The notes: a model not told the origin generated them from the sequence alone. A DNA stretch of 64,000 nt from Campylobacterales bacterium (GCA_024278835.1 JAJRSK010000045.1:3444-67443); one strand, 5' to 3'. Positions 30,845 to 40,631 are shown, numbered from the stretch's first letter. Made by a program: numbers and translations.

Positions 30845-31396
30845 TTAAGGATGCGGAATCCTCACTTTAGAATTTAGTAAGTAGGCTATCATGATAACCA
30901 AACCTAGTATGATATAAATGTTACTAACCACCCCATAACTATGTAGCAGATAAAGTATCCATAGAAGTATAGCCCCAAGTGGTGTGGGAACTCCTACAAA
31001 ATACTTGGCGACTTCGCCCTCTTCGCTTTGGATATTAAACTCAATGAGACGGCGCAAACCTGAAATGATATAGTAGATAAAGATCATACCCGCTACCAAT
31101 GTCTCAAATCCCTCAGCTTTTTGCAAAGAGTAAAATAGCAAAAAGGCTGGCATCACTACAAAAGAGATAAAGTCCGCAAATGAATCTATCTGTATCCCAA
31201 ACTCACAAGAGAGGTTATATTTACGCGCTAACTTACCATCTATAATGTCAAAAGCTCCCCCAATCCACGCTAAGATAATTGCTGTAAAATAATCACCCTG
31301 CTGAATAAAGTACATCGCAACCAAACCAGCGGTGATGTTAGCAAATGTAACAAGATTTGCTATATTAAAATGAGAAGTTTTATCGTATAAGAACAT
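30845..31396 (-). CDS. CDP-alcohol phosphatidyltransferase (phosphatidylserine synthase-like)
   Basis: D-G-x2-A-R-x8-G-x3-D-x3-D motif present: DIIDGKLARKYNLSCEFGIQIDSFAD. Multi-TM. Confidence 0.8.
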   Translation of the reverse strand: MFLYDKTSHFNIANLVTFANITAGLVAMYFIQQGDYFTAIILAWIGGAFDIIDGKLARKYNLSCEFGIQIDSFADFISFVVMPAFLLFYSLQKAEGFETLVAGMIFIYYIISGLRRLIEFNIQSEEGEVAKYFVGVPTPLGAILLWILYLLHSYGVVSNIYIILGLVIMIAYLLNSKVRIPHP

Positions 31397-31485
31397 GAAT
31401 TTCCTTGATTGTATATGTTAGTGATTATATCAAATCTAAAATAAACTCTGCTACACTATCATGATAATCTCAAAAGGTATCTATC

Positions 31486-32559
31486 ATGATAAAACAATTT
31501 ACAAAAGAGTATCCTCTTTTTATATCAATCGTGGCACTGGCCATATTTATGCCCTTGGAACATACTATAGCACACACACAAATTGGTAACATCCTTGGCT
31601 TTCTTATCATCTTTGCTGTTATTATCTACTCTTCACTCAATGTTGCCCATCACGCTGAAGTCCTTGCACATAAGTACGGTGAGCCTTATGGCACATTAAT
31701 CCTCACATCGTCTGCTGTTATCGTAGAGATACTCATCATCGTTATCATGATGAGTATCTCTGACAATCCTACATTGGCGCGAGATACGATATACGCTGCT
31801 GTTATGTTAGATATCAATGGACTTCTTGGAATTGCCGCTATTATTGGAGGTATTAAGCACGGTGAACAAGCTTACAATGTGGACTCAACTAACTCTTATA
31901 TGTCAATGATTTTGGTTTCTATCGGTATCGCAATGGTTCTACCCCACTTCATCGCGGCAGATAAACTAGATATGTATATGAACTTTACTATCGTAATGTT
32001 TATCCTGCTTTATGTTATCTTCACACGAATTCAACTCAAAGAACATCGATACTTTTTTGAGTACAACAATGGCAATGAGCAAACACACAATGCAGAGGAC
32101 AAAACAGAAATCAACGGACTCTATCATGCACTTATCTTAGCGATTTCTATCGTATTTATCGGCCTATTGGCAGAAGTTTTAGCTGTATTTATGTCAAACA
32201 ATCTTGAAACACTTGGACTTCCTTTAGCACTTGGTGCATTTTCAGTAGCACTCATCTCTGCTTCACCAGAGCTCATAACTGCTATCCGTGCCGCACAAAA
32301 CAACAATATGCAAACGGTGGTAAACATCGCTATAGGTGCTAGTTTAGCCACTGTCTTACTGACGATACCAGCGATATTAATCGTCGGAAAAATGATGGGT
32401 ATGCCCATAGGCTTAGCTATCACACCGATACAAGGCTTAATGTTAGGACTGACCATCTTAGCAGGTATCATTCACTTTAGTGACGGTGAAACAAATATGC
32501 TAGAAGGCTTTGTACACTTGGTTCTTTTTATAGTCTTTTTCTTCTTGATGTTTGTGTAG
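31486..32559 (+). CDS. Cation/proton antiporter, CaCA (ChaA-like) family
   Basis: 357 aa and about 10-11 TM helices with two internal repeats. Family call from overall architecture and from motifs such as SASPELITAIRAA. Confidence 0.6.
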   Translation: MIKQFTKEYPLFISIVALAIFMPLEHTIAHTQIGNILGFLIIFAVIIYSSLNVAHHAEVLAHKYGEPYGTLILTSSAVIVEILIIVIMMSISDNPTLARDTIYAAVMLDINGLLGIAAIIGGIKHGEQAYNVDSTNSYMSMILVSIGIAMVLPHFIAADKLDMYMNFTIVMFILLYVIFTRIQLKEHRYFFEYNNGNEQTHNAEDKTEINGLYHALILAISIVFIGLLAEVLAVFMSNNLETLGLPLALGAFSVALISASPELITAIRAAQNNNMQTVVNIAIGASLATVLLTIPAILIVGKMMGMPIGLAITPIQGLMLGLTILAGIIHFSDGETNMLEGFVHLVLFIVFFFLMFV

Positions 32560-32565
32560 GCTATC

Positions 32566-32835
32566 ATGATAATCACCATAGAAAATCAAACACTCGATAC
32601 CGACGATATAACACAGCTTTATCCAGCCGCTATGATTAAAACAGGTTACAATTATGAAGTGACACAGATAAGTTTAGAATGGATTGATATGCAAGAAGGT
32701 AACACAGATGTCACCGTGGTAAATTATGCGATATTTATACACACAAGAGACAGGTCTGTGACACATTTTCCCTATCAGACAAGAACTGCTTTGCAAGAAG
32801 CAATGGACGCACTAGCAAAGCAGATAAACGGCTGA
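32566..32835 (+). CDS. Hypothetical protein (89 aa)
   Basis: ORF starts 6 nt after the antiporter stop. Its ATG is embedded in a palindrome copy. No family recognised. Confidence 0.45.
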   Translation: MIITIENQTLDTDDITQLYPAAMIKTGYNYEVTQISLEWIDMQEGNTDVTVVNYAIFIHTRDRSVTHFPYQTRTALQEAMDALAKQING

Positions 32836-32841
32836 TTTACC

Positions 32842-33696
32842 CTAAAACTTTTTCATATAAGTGTGACAATACGGTGTTTTATTGTGCTTTTTGTAATAGT
32901 CTTGATGATAATCCTCAGCCTTATAAAAAGGGTGTTCTGAGGCTTTTATCAGCTTCGTTGCTGACTTCACGCCCGTAGTCGCTAAGATAGCTATCAACTT
33001 CTCAATCGTCTCTTTTTCCTCTTCGTCGTTATAAAACACAGCCGAAAGATATTGAGGTCCGATATCTGGTCCTTGCCCATTTGTTTGGGCTGATTCGTGC
33101 GTCTCAAAAAAGAGTTTGGCAAGTACTTCATAACTTACTTTACTTGGATCATACGTAACCTCCACTACTTCAAGATGCCCCGTTGTACCTGTACAAATAT
33201 CTTGATAAGTTGGATTTTCTGTGTGCCCTCCCATGTAGCCAGAATCCGCTGCAATAACACCCGCCATCTTGGCAAAGTGATACTCTACTCCCCAAAAACA
33301 GCCTGCTGCAAAATATGCCTTTTTAGAGTTCTCTTTCGTAGCAGGTGTAAACTCCATAGAGATAGAGTTCACACAGTGACGCGTACTCTTAGGGGTGATT
33401 TGCTCCCCACGAAAGACATGCCCTAGATGTCCACCACAATTGGCACAAACTATCTCTACACGCATCCCATCTGCGTCAGGAATCTCTTTGACTTTGCCCT
33501 CTATTGCATCATCAAAACTAGGCCAACCTGAACCAGAATCAAACTTATCTGATGAACGAAAGAGCTCTTCTCCACACTGCTTGCAGGTATAAACACCCTT
33601 CTCATAAAACTTATCATACTGACCCGTATAAGGCATCTCTGTGCCTTTATTTAAAATCACCCTTGATTCTTCCGGATTTAACTTATTATATGCCAT
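32842..33696 (-). CDS. msrBA: Bifunctional peptide methionine sulfoxide reductase MsrB-MsrA
   Basis: N-terminal SelR/MsrB (CKQCGEELF, CANCGGHLGHVF, RHCVNS) fused to MsrA (AYFAAGCFWGVEYHF). Confidence 0.92.
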   Translation of the reverse strand: MAYNKLNPEESRVILNKGTEMPYTGQYDKFYEKGVYTCKQCGEELFRSSDKFDSGSGWPSFDDAIEGKVKEIPDADGMRVEIVCANCGGHLGHVFRGEQITPKSTRHCVNSISMEFTPATKENSKKAYFAAGCFWGVEYHFAKMAGVIAADSGYMGGHTENPTYQDICTGTTGHLEVVEVTYDPSKVSYEVLAKLFFETHESAQTNGQGPDIGPQYLSAVFYNDEEEKETIEKLIAILATTGVKSATKLIKASEHPFYKAEDYHQDYYKKHNKTPYCHTYMKKF

Positions 33697-33770
33697 TTTT
33701 TCTCCTCCCCATTTAAGGTTATAAACACTCCTAAAAGTGTTATTATCAAAATTAAAACATACTTTTTCAT
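33678..33770 (-). CDS. Small hydrophobic ORF (30 aa, signal-peptide/TM-like) overlapping the msrBA start
   Basis: My translation is MKKYVLILIITLLGVFITLNGEEKKWHIIS, preceded by AAGGA plus 6 nt. It is out of frame with msrBA by one base at an A6 tract. Too short for the ORF track. Confidence 0.4.
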   Translation of the reverse strand: MKKYVLILIITLLGVFITLNGEEKKWHIIS

Positions 33771-33906
33771 AATTTATCCTTTGACGTCTATCATGATAGC
33801 CAATCTTCTATCTATATAGATATGTAGTGAGAGACGGTTTTATTCATATTCTTCTTTACTTTATACATCATATATGCTACAATCCCAAAAATTTTAGGAG
33901 TTAACC

Positions 33907-34290
33907 ATGAAACAAACTATTTTTAAAGAGAAGTATCCCATTTTTTCTTATGACTTAGCCAAGAGCGAAACAGAGAAAAAAAGTGTAGATGATATCATTG
34001 CCTACTACAAAGAAAAGATAGACGCACACCCTATTGCTACCTATATCGCTACTTTTGATCACTACGCGCACACAACGTCAATCAAAGGCGTTATTAACCC
34101 AGAGATTAAAGATGTCAAAAATATTATCTTCTGTTTTGGCGCTGAGATTCCAAATTCTAAAGTTGCTGCAGTGAGACCTCGTTCTATCGGTGTTTGTGAT
34201 ATGGGTGATACATTTGTTATAGATTTTATGGAAGCACCAAATGACAAGGCAAATGATTTTATGGAAAATTGGACAAAAGCCTTATCTTAA
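33907..34290 (+). CDS. Hypothetical protein (127 aa)
   Basis: ORF with SD (TAGGAG, 6 nt upstream). No family recognised. Confidence 0.5.
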   Translation: MKQTIFKEKYPIFSYDLAKSETEKKSVDDIIAYYKEKIDAHPIATYIATFDHYAHTTSIKGVINPEIKDVKNIIFCFGAEIPNSKVAAVRPRSIGVCDMGDTFVIDFMEAPNDKANDFMENWTKALS

Positions 34291-34299
34291 GCATATTCT

Positions 34300-34316
34300 C
34301 GCGCAAATAACGCGCG
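34300..34316 (+). terminator. Short GC hairpin followed by a T-rich tract after the 127-aa ORF
   Basis: CGCGC-aaataac-GCGCG followed by TAATTTATTTAT. Confidence 0.35.
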
Positions 34317-34341
34317 TAATTTATTTATACTCTAAAAGCTT

Positions 34342-34395
34342 AAACCTTTTGTGATATTTGTCGATTATACACGCATAATATCACACAAAAGGTTT
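34342..34395 (+). promoter_or_regulatory. Long inverted repeat in the HDOD-gene leader that sequesters the SD (fourU-like)
   Basis: AAACCTTTTGTGATAT, a 20-nt loop, then ATATCAC(AC)AAAAGGTTT. The 3' arm contains the AAGG SD, 6-9 nt before the ATG at 34401. Confidence 0.45.
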
Positions 34396-34400
34396 CTACT

Positions 34401-35225
34401 ATGACAAAAGAAATGATACTTGAAAAAGTAAAAGCATTCCCTCCACTTGATGATACAGTTGCTAAGGTTATGGCTATTTGTAACGACGAAAATGGCTCAG
34501 TTGGTGAGTTAGCAAAAGTTGTACAATCAGATCCTATGACAATGGCAAATATCCTTAAAGCTGCAAATAGTCCACTTTATGGTTTCAGTAGAGAGATAAA
34601 ATCTGTTTCACAAGCAGTTTCTATCTTTGGCATGGATACTGTAAAAGGATTTGCATTTTCTTCATTTTTACAGAAAAAACTAGACTTAAACTTGATGCCC
34701 TATGGTGTCAAAGCTGAAAAGTTTACGATGCTTACAGAGAAACAAAATGCATTTGCTGTGAAATGGTTCCAGAAAAAAAGAACTATGTTAGATACTTTAG
34801 CACTTACTTCATTTTTAATGGAGATGGGAAAAATTGTACTAGCAAATATCGTCGTTGAACATGGAAAAGCTGATGAGTTTCAAGCACATGTGGCACAAAC
34901 AACATCACTTCTTGAGCTAGAAGCATTAGAAAAGCAAGTATTTGGTATCTCTAACGAAGAAGTAACGGCTATCATCTTTAAAGAGTGGAACTTTGATGAT
35001 ACCATGTGTGATGCTATCAAATATCTTAACCACCCAGAAGAAGCTAGTGAAGAGGCAAGAGCTTATGCAGAAGCCTTACAAGTAATCAAAACACTGACAT
35101 CTACAAAAGATTTTGATTTAGAAAAACAAATCCAAGAAGCGACAGAATTAGCTGAAAAATATGGTCATGAAGTTGAAAAATTTCATGAAACACTCGCTAT
35201 GCATATGGAAGCAATGCCTGCCTAA
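34401..35225 (+). CDS. HDOD domain-containing signalling protein
   Basis: LPPLDDTVAKVMAICNDENGSVGELAKVVQSDPMTMANILKAANSPLYGFSREIKSVSQAVSIFGMDTVKGFA is a typical HDOD N-terminal region. Confidence 0.8.
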   Translation: MTKEMILEKVKAFPPLDDTVAKVMAICNDENGSVGELAKVVQSDPMTMANILKAANSPLYGFSREIKSVSQAVSIFGMDTVKGFAFSSFLQKKLDLNLMPYGVKAEKFTMLTEKQNAFAVKWFQKKRTMLDTLALTSFLMEMGKIVLANIVVEHGKADEFQAHVAQTTSLLELEALEKQVFGISNEEVTAIIFKEWNFDDTMCDAIKYLNHPEEASEEARAYAEALQVIKTLTSTKDFDLEKQIQEATELAEKYGHEVEKFHETLAMHMEAMPA

Positions 35226-35264
35226 AAAAAGCTTATCATGATAGAATCTTTAAAAAGGACTATC

Positions 35265-35552
35265 ATGATTATCACTAAAAATGTTATTTTTGTTGCTAAA
35301 GATGCCACAATCAACGAATTAAAATCCCTACTTACTGCAATGGTAAAACCTTCACAAGCTGAAAAAGGTTGCCTACTCTATGAAATCTATCAAAAAAAAG
35401 AACAAGCAAATACCTTTGTTGTCATAGAAACTTGGGAAAATGATGAAGCACTAGAGGGTCACAAAAAGTCAGCGCACTATGCACACTACAAAGCAAACTT
35501 TGAGCCATTTTGTGCTGATAAATCCTCAGATGAACTGATATCGTTGATTTAA
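35265..35552 (+). CDS. Antibiotic-biosynthesis-monooxygenase (ABM) family protein (putative quinol monooxygenase)
   Basis: FVVIETWENDEALEGHKKSAHY is the ABM signature. I prefer the ATG at 35265 (SD AAGGA 5 nt upstream) over the track start at 35238. Confidence 0.75.
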   Translation: MIITKNVIFVAKDATINELKSLLTAMVKPSQAEKGCLLYEIYQKKEQANTFVVIETWENDEALEGHKKSAHYAHYKANFEPFCADKSSDELISLI

Positions 35553-35582
35553 TCGAATCTTCTCAATCATTGGTTGAGAAGA

Positions 35583-36011
35583 TTAATCCCAAAAAAACTT
35601 TATCCATTCTTTGGCTTCATGACATGTGAAGTCAGGCGTGTATATCGCCTTTTTTTTATAAAATAAAACAGCACTTTTATAAGAGTTTTTAGGAAACTTC
35701 TCTTTTAACACATTAAGTATCGCCACCATACTCTCCCCACTATCAACAATATCATCTACAATCAAGACACGCTTCCCCTCACCTAATTCTGGGATATTAA
35801 AGATATCAATCGTCTCTAGTTTTTTTGTATCATCATAGTGGATGGAATTTAGCGTAAAAAGTGCGCGTATATCCATGCGATTTGCCATGAAATGTCCTAG
35901 TGTCACACCCCCTCTAGCCACAGCTAGTATGATGTCAGGATTGTATGGTTTTGTATGCTTTATTAACGTACTAACATCATCATTAAAGCTATCATAGTTG
36001 TAATGGTACAT
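35583..36011 (-). CDS. Phosphoribosyltransferase family protein (purine PRT-like)
   Basis: PRPP-binding loop VLIVDDIVDSGESM. Confidence 0.75.
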   Translation of the reverse strand: MYHYNYDSFNDDVSTLIKHTKPYNPDIILAVARGGVTLGHFMANRMDIRALFTLNSIHYDDTKKLETIDIFNIPELGEGKRVLIVDDIVDSGESMVAILNVLKEKFPKNSYKSAVLFYKKKAIYTPDFTCHEAKEWIKFFWD

Positions 36012-36074
36012 TTGTTTCCTATTTTTCTTAAAATTGTAGTATAATAAGTGTTAAAATTTATTAGGGGATAAAGA

Positions 36075-36461
36075 TTGCAGTATAATAACGAAGAATTACA
36101 AGGGATGTTAGAGAGTAAACAGATGAGTTCGGATGCCTTAGAGTCTCTTTTAAAAGCCAGAGAAGAGGGAATCGTAAACTTTACATTAGTAGATATCAGA
36201 GAAGTGTATGAGTTTGAAAGTGCTAGTATAGATGGTACAGACTTACTACTACCAACTTCCGTCATTCAGGGTCACTTAGACAAGCTTGAAGCACTGAAAG
36301 ATGAGCCCATTATTTTGTACTGTAGAACGGGCAATAGAACAGGTCAAGTGATGGCAGCGCTAGAGCGTATGGGATATGAGAAGATTGTCCACCTTAGCCG
36401 TGGCATCCTCTCCTTTTCTGGAGCAACATCACACAAGGCAGAGATACCTAACACGCTTTAG
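36075..36461 (+). CDS. Rhodanese-like sulfurtransferase domain protein
   Basis: Active-site loop ILYCRTGNRTGQ. Confidence 0.8.
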   Translation: MQYNNEELQGMLESKQMSSDALESLLKAREEGIVNFTLVDIREVYEFESASIDGTDLLLPTSVIQGHLDKLEALKDEPIILYCRTGNRTGQVMAALERMGYEKIVHLSRGILSFSGATSHKAEIPNTL

Positions 36462-36648
36462 TACTTTGTCCATAGATGGGAGTAAAATCCCATCTATCAT
36501 GATGAAAAAAACCCTATGAGAGCACAGATGCCGCCTGTATGCAACATGATATCTGCTATATCAACAAAGGAAGAGAAGATCAAAGGTGCAATGATGCTTT
36601 ATATGCACAACGGTACTGAGTACCTTCAAAAGGGCGAGAAATGTATCG

Positions 36649-37668
36649 TTAAATAACTCTGCGTTTCAGACTGGATGAAAGCTTGACCAACACATCATAC
36701 GAAATCGTATCATGATAGTGTGCAAGGGCTTTGGCATCCGAAAAAATAGATACTTTTTCACAGGCTCCCTCTACAGAGATATTATCCATCGACACACGAC
36801 CGATGATTTTATATCCCTCCCCAGTTTTCAAATCATCCTCACCTCTATAGCGAAAAAGTCCATCTCCATAGCCAATGTCATAGGTCGAAACTTCTCCACC
36901 ACAAGAGAGTTCACCAATCCCGCCATAACCGATTCGTTCACCCTCTTTTACCACTCTAGTCACTATCTTTTCTGCCCATAGTTTTAAAACGGGTTTTAGG
37001 TTAAAAGTACCAAATGCAGTATGAAACTCTTCATATCCATATGTGGCGATACCACATCGTGCGAAGTCATCATGATATGTCCCTAGTCGAAGCAAGGTAG
37101 CAGAATTCGCAGCATGAAAAAGAGGTCTTTTAAAGCCATGTTTTTCTACCAAGAGAAGACTCTTTTTTTGAATTTCTTTCCAAACTTGCATCTGCCAAAA
37201 AAGTTCTGTTGAGAGTTCATCCGCTGAGCGAAAGTGTGTCATGACCCCTTCTAAAATAAGCCCTTTTTCTTCTATCATGATAAAGGCTTTCTCTAGTTCC
37301 TCTATCATGATACCATTGCGGTGCATACCTGAGTCTATCTTTAGGTGGATTTTTGCCCCTTTAGGAGCCTTTGAAAGTGTCATTAAAGCATTGATAACCA
37401 AAGAAAATTCACTTGTTGCTTCTTGCATATCTGGAGCCAGTATCAAAATAAAATCAAATAATATTTTTATCTCTTCTGCTTCCTTGTGATTTTTCACAAT
37501 AGCTTTAGAGATACCAAACTCAGATGCAAGTAGTGCTGTCTCTACAAGCCCATGTCCATAGGCATTGTCTTTCAAAACAACCGCCAGTTTCTCCTTGGAG
37601 CCTAGCTTAGTTGTTAAAAGTTGTAAGTTATGAAAATAGTTTTTCCGACTTAATTCTATATATGCCAT
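36649..37668 (-). CDS. alr: Alanine racemase
   Basis: PLP-lysine motif AVVLKDNAYGHG. 339 aa. Confidence 0.88.
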   Translation of the reverse strand: MAYIELSRKNYFHNLQLLTTKLGSKEKLAVVLKDNAYGHGLVETALLASEFGISKAIVKNHKEAEEIKILFDFILILAPDMQEATSEFSLVINALMTLSKAPKGAKIHLKIDSGMHRNGIMIEELEKAFIMIEEKGLILEGVMTHFRSADELSTELFWQMQVWKEIQKKSLLLVEKHGFKRPLFHAANSATLLRLGTYHDDFARCGIATYGYEEFHTAFGTFNLKPVLKLWAEKIVTRVVKEGERIGYGGIGELSCGGEVSTYDIGYGDGLFRYRGEDDLKTGEGYKIIGRVSMDNISVEGACEKVSIFSDAKALAHYHDTISYDVLVKLSSSLKRRVI

Positions 37669-37901
37669 TAGCTAGGGTGTATATCACGCGCTTCCATCAA
37701 CAAGCCTCTGATTTTTCGTGCCTGATAATCAAGCTTAAAAAAGTTTTTGTAGACATCTTCAGCGTCAATAGTACTATTTTGAGAAAAATCAAACTGCCCA
37801 TTTTTGTCTTTAGGAATACTCACATCCAAAAGTGCATAAAACTCACTTCTGATTACTTCTAGTTTTCGCATCTCTTTTTTTACATCATCAATTGTTGTCA
37901 T
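37668..37901 (-). CDS. Hypothetical protein (77 aa)
   Basis: ORF tightly coupled between the SulP gene and alr (its stop overlaps the alr start). Confidence 0.45.
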   Translation of the reverse strand: MTTIDDVKKEMRKLEVIRSEFYALLDVSIPKDKNGQFDFSQNSTIDAEDVYKNFFKLDYQARKIRGLLMEARDIHPS

Positions 37902-37916
37902 TACATTCCTTTTTAT

Positions 37917-39497
37917 TTATATATTTGCAGCGACTTTATAGGTTGGATCATCTTCTTCATAGACACAGTATGGTCCCGCTGCTTTAAGTAAAACTTTACA
38001 ATCTTTACTCAGGTGACGAAGTAATAATTTCCGTCCTGATTTTTCATACTTTTTGGTGATATTATCCACCGCTTCTACACCCGAAGAATCCATCACTCGT
38101 GTATTTTTAAAATCTATCACAATATTTTTGGGATCATTTTCTATATCAAACTGCTCTGAAAAAGAAGTCACTGAACCAAAAAATAGTGGGCCATCTAACT
38201 CATATACCTTAGAACCATCTGCCTCTATATGGGTATGAGAAAAGATTTTAGCATGTTTCCAAGCAAAAACCAATGCCGAGATGATGATTCCAGCGATGAC
38301 CGCAATCGCCAAGTCAAACATCACCGTAACGATAGTCACCAGCACCAAAACAAAGGCATCGCTTCGTGGCATACGGGAGATGCGAGAGAGTGAAGAAAAT
38401 TCAAATGTTCCGATACTCACCATAAACATAATACCCACCAAAACCGCCACAGGGATGATAGAGATAAGCCCTGAAAGTGCCACAACAAAAAGTATCAAAA
38501 GTACCGCCGCAGTAAACGAAGAAATCCGTCCCAATCCACCCGAAGTAAAGTTGATGATACTCTGCCCAATCATCGCACACCCCGCCATACCACCAAAGAG
38601 TCCCGTACAGACATTTCCCGTACCCTGCGCGATACACTCTTTGTTGCCATTACCACGCTCTCCTCCCATCTCATCCAAAACAGAGAGTGTTAAGAGTGAC
38701 TCGATGAGCCCAACAAGTGCCACCAAAATCGCATATGGTAAGATAATCATCAAACTATCCCATGACAAAAGCGACCAATCAGGCATCACAAAGTGTGGAA
38801 ATGAACCCTTGATATCTGCCAAATCGCCTACTGTTTTGGTATCAATACCAGCAAAATAGGCTATCATCGTCAACAGCACAATCGCCACCAAACCAGCAGG
38901 TACTGCCTTGGTAAAGCGTGGTAAAAAGTGCATAATCGCCATGGTAATTACCACAAAGATATACATCATATAATTTTCAGAAAACGAGTGTGAAATCTTT
39001 TCACTCCATGAAGTGAGTTGATCATAATCAGAGGATTTAAAAAACTTAAACTGCGCCATCGCGATGACAATCGCCAAACCATTGACAAATCCATACATCG
39101 CAGGTTGTGGCACAAGACGGATAAATTTACCCATCTTGAAAAACCCTATCGTTATCTGAATCAGCCCCGCCACAACCGTCGTAAAGAGGATATAGTGGAG
39201 TATCATGATAGAGAGTGCTTCACCAGAGAGTTCAGGATGAAGTTTCGCGACTGCCAAGCCAAGCCCTACAAATACGACTGCCACCGCCCCAGTCGCTCCT
39301 GAAATCATCCCCGGTTTTCCGCCAAGAAGTGAAGTCACAAGCCCCAAGATAAATGCTGCATAAAGCCCCACTAGAGGACTGACCCCTGCGATAAAACTAA
39401 AGGCTATCGCTTCTGGAACGAGTGCTACTGCGACTACGATACCTGAGAGGACACCATTTTTGATATTGAATTTTTCATAATTTTGTAAATTAAACAA
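37917..39497 (-). CDS. SulP family anion permease with C-terminal STAS domain
   Basis: 526 aa. Multi-TM core plus a STAS-like tail (YELDGPLFFGSVTSF...VIDFKNTRVMDSSGVEAV). Confidence 0.9.
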   Translation of the reverse strand: MFNLQNYEKFNIKNGVLSGIVVAVALVPEAIAFSFIAGVSPLVGLYAAFILGLVTSLLGGKPGMISGATGAVAVVFVGLGLAVAKLHPELSGEALSIMILHYILFTTVVAGLIQITIGFFKMGKFIRLVPQPAMYGFVNGLAIVIAMAQFKFFKSSDYDQLTSWSEKISHSFSENYMMYIFVVITMAIMHFLPRFTKAVPAGLVAIVLLTMIAYFAGIDTKTVGDLADIKGSFPHFVMPDWSLLSWDSLMIILPYAILVALVGLIESLLTLSVLDEMGGERGNGNKECIAQGTGNVCTGLFGGMAGCAMIGQSIINFTSGGLGRISSFTAAVLLILFVVALSGLISIIPVAVLVGIMFMVSIGTFEFSSLSRISRMPRSDAFVLVLVTIVTVMFDLAIAVIAGIIISALVFAWKHAKIFSHTHIEADGSKVYELDGPLFFGSVTSFSEQFDIENDPKNIVIDFKNTRVMDSSGVEAVDNITKKYEKSGRKLLLRHLSKDCKVLLKAAGPYCVYEEDDPTYKVAANI

Positions 39498-39562
39498 AGA
39501 TTTTTTCCTAAACTATAAGATTTCGCGATTATACATAAATAACATTTAGATAGAATTAAAGT

Positions 39563-40630
39563 ATGAATTTATTAGAAGTGCTCTATGCCACAGAGTTTAA
39601 AAAGCCGACTTTTTATCCCAGAAAGTTCTCTATCACCCACAAAAAAACCCTCATTTTAGGACCTAAAAAATCGGGTAAAAGTACTATCATATTTGACTAT
39701 CTCTCACAATGCAAAAAAGGAACTTTCCTCTATATAGATTTTAATGATTTACGCGTTACACAAGTTATCATCTTTGGACTGCCTAGCTTTTTAAAGAAAA
39801 ACGACATTCAACTGCTAGTACTAGAAAACTTCGACTTTTCATTCAAGATTCCAGATTGCCCTGAGGTCATCGTCACAACACATACCGCTCAAACACTAGA
39901 AGGATTTACTTGCCAAACCCTCTACCCCCTTGACTTTGAAGAGTTTATCGCCTTTGAAAAACGCCAAATAGATGTAGAAATTATCTTTAATGATTATGCC
40001 GATTTAGGCACCTACCCTGCTGTCGTCACCTCAGCCAAAGAGAACTTTGTCAAATACTTTCAAGACCATATCCGCCTCCTATGTGATAGCCCCTTAGAGT
40101 TTACTATCCTTAAAAATTACGCACTTATGCAAGGAGTTAGCGTCTCATCCTATGCGCTTTTTAATGAGATTAAACTCTTTCATAAAGTCTCAAAAGATAA
40201 GTTTTACGCTATCACAAAAAAACTCCAAGAAGAAAATATACTCTTTTTAGTCGAAAAATATGGCACCCCAAAGGCAGATAAAAAAGTTTTTATGATTGAT
40301 TTTGCTATGAAAAGTGTTTTAACATTTGAGAAAGATTTTATCACCCGATTTGCCAATATCATCTTTTTGGAGCTGATGAAAAATGAGATAGAAGTTTACT
40401 TTACGGATTTTCTTGACTTTTATATCCCTAAAGAGAACAAAGCTATCATTCCGATGCCTTTTCTACCTCCCTCGATGATACTATCCAAACTCTCACGCCT
40501 AGAAAAAGACCTCATCAAATATGATATAAAAAAGATAGAAATCATCACTCTTGAAGGCGAAGAGGAGACCTATCATGGTAGTATCCCCGTAGAGATACTA
40601 CCATTTTGGTCTTGGGCATTGCAACGCTAG
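39563..40630 (+). CDS. P-loop ATPase (AAA-superfamily-like, uncharacterised)
   Basis: Walker A ILGPKKSGKST. 355 aa. No finer family assignable by eye. Confidence 0.55.
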   Translation: MNLLEVLYATEFKKPTFYPRKFSITHKKTLILGPKKSGKSTIIFDYLSQCKKGTFLYIDFNDLRVTQVIIFGLPSFLKKNDIQLLVLENFDFSFKIPDCPEVIVTTHTAQTLEGFTCQTLYPLDFEEFIAFEKRQIDVEIIFNDYADLGTYPAVVTSAKENFVKYFQDHIRLLCDSPLEFTILKNYALMQGVSVSSYALFNEIKLFHKVSKDKFYAITKKLQEENILFLVEKYGTPKADKKVFMIDFAMKSVLTFEKDFITRFANIIFLELMKNEIEVYFTDFLDFYIPKENKAIIPMPFLPPSMILSKLSRLEKDLIKYDIKKIEIITLEGEEETYHGSIPVEILPFWSWALQR

Positions 40631-40631
40631 G

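Noticed and set aside
36516-36656. 46-aa plus-strand ORF (MRAQMPPVCNMISAISTKEEKIKGAMMLYMHNGTEYLQKGEKCIVK) in the rhodanese/alr convergent spacer, preceded by the hairpin ATAGATGGGA-N6-TCCCATCTAT.
   Set aside because: It has no SD, overlaps the alr 3' end and matches no recognisable family, so it is not reported as a gene. The hairpin may be the rhodanese-gene terminator but lacks a U-run.
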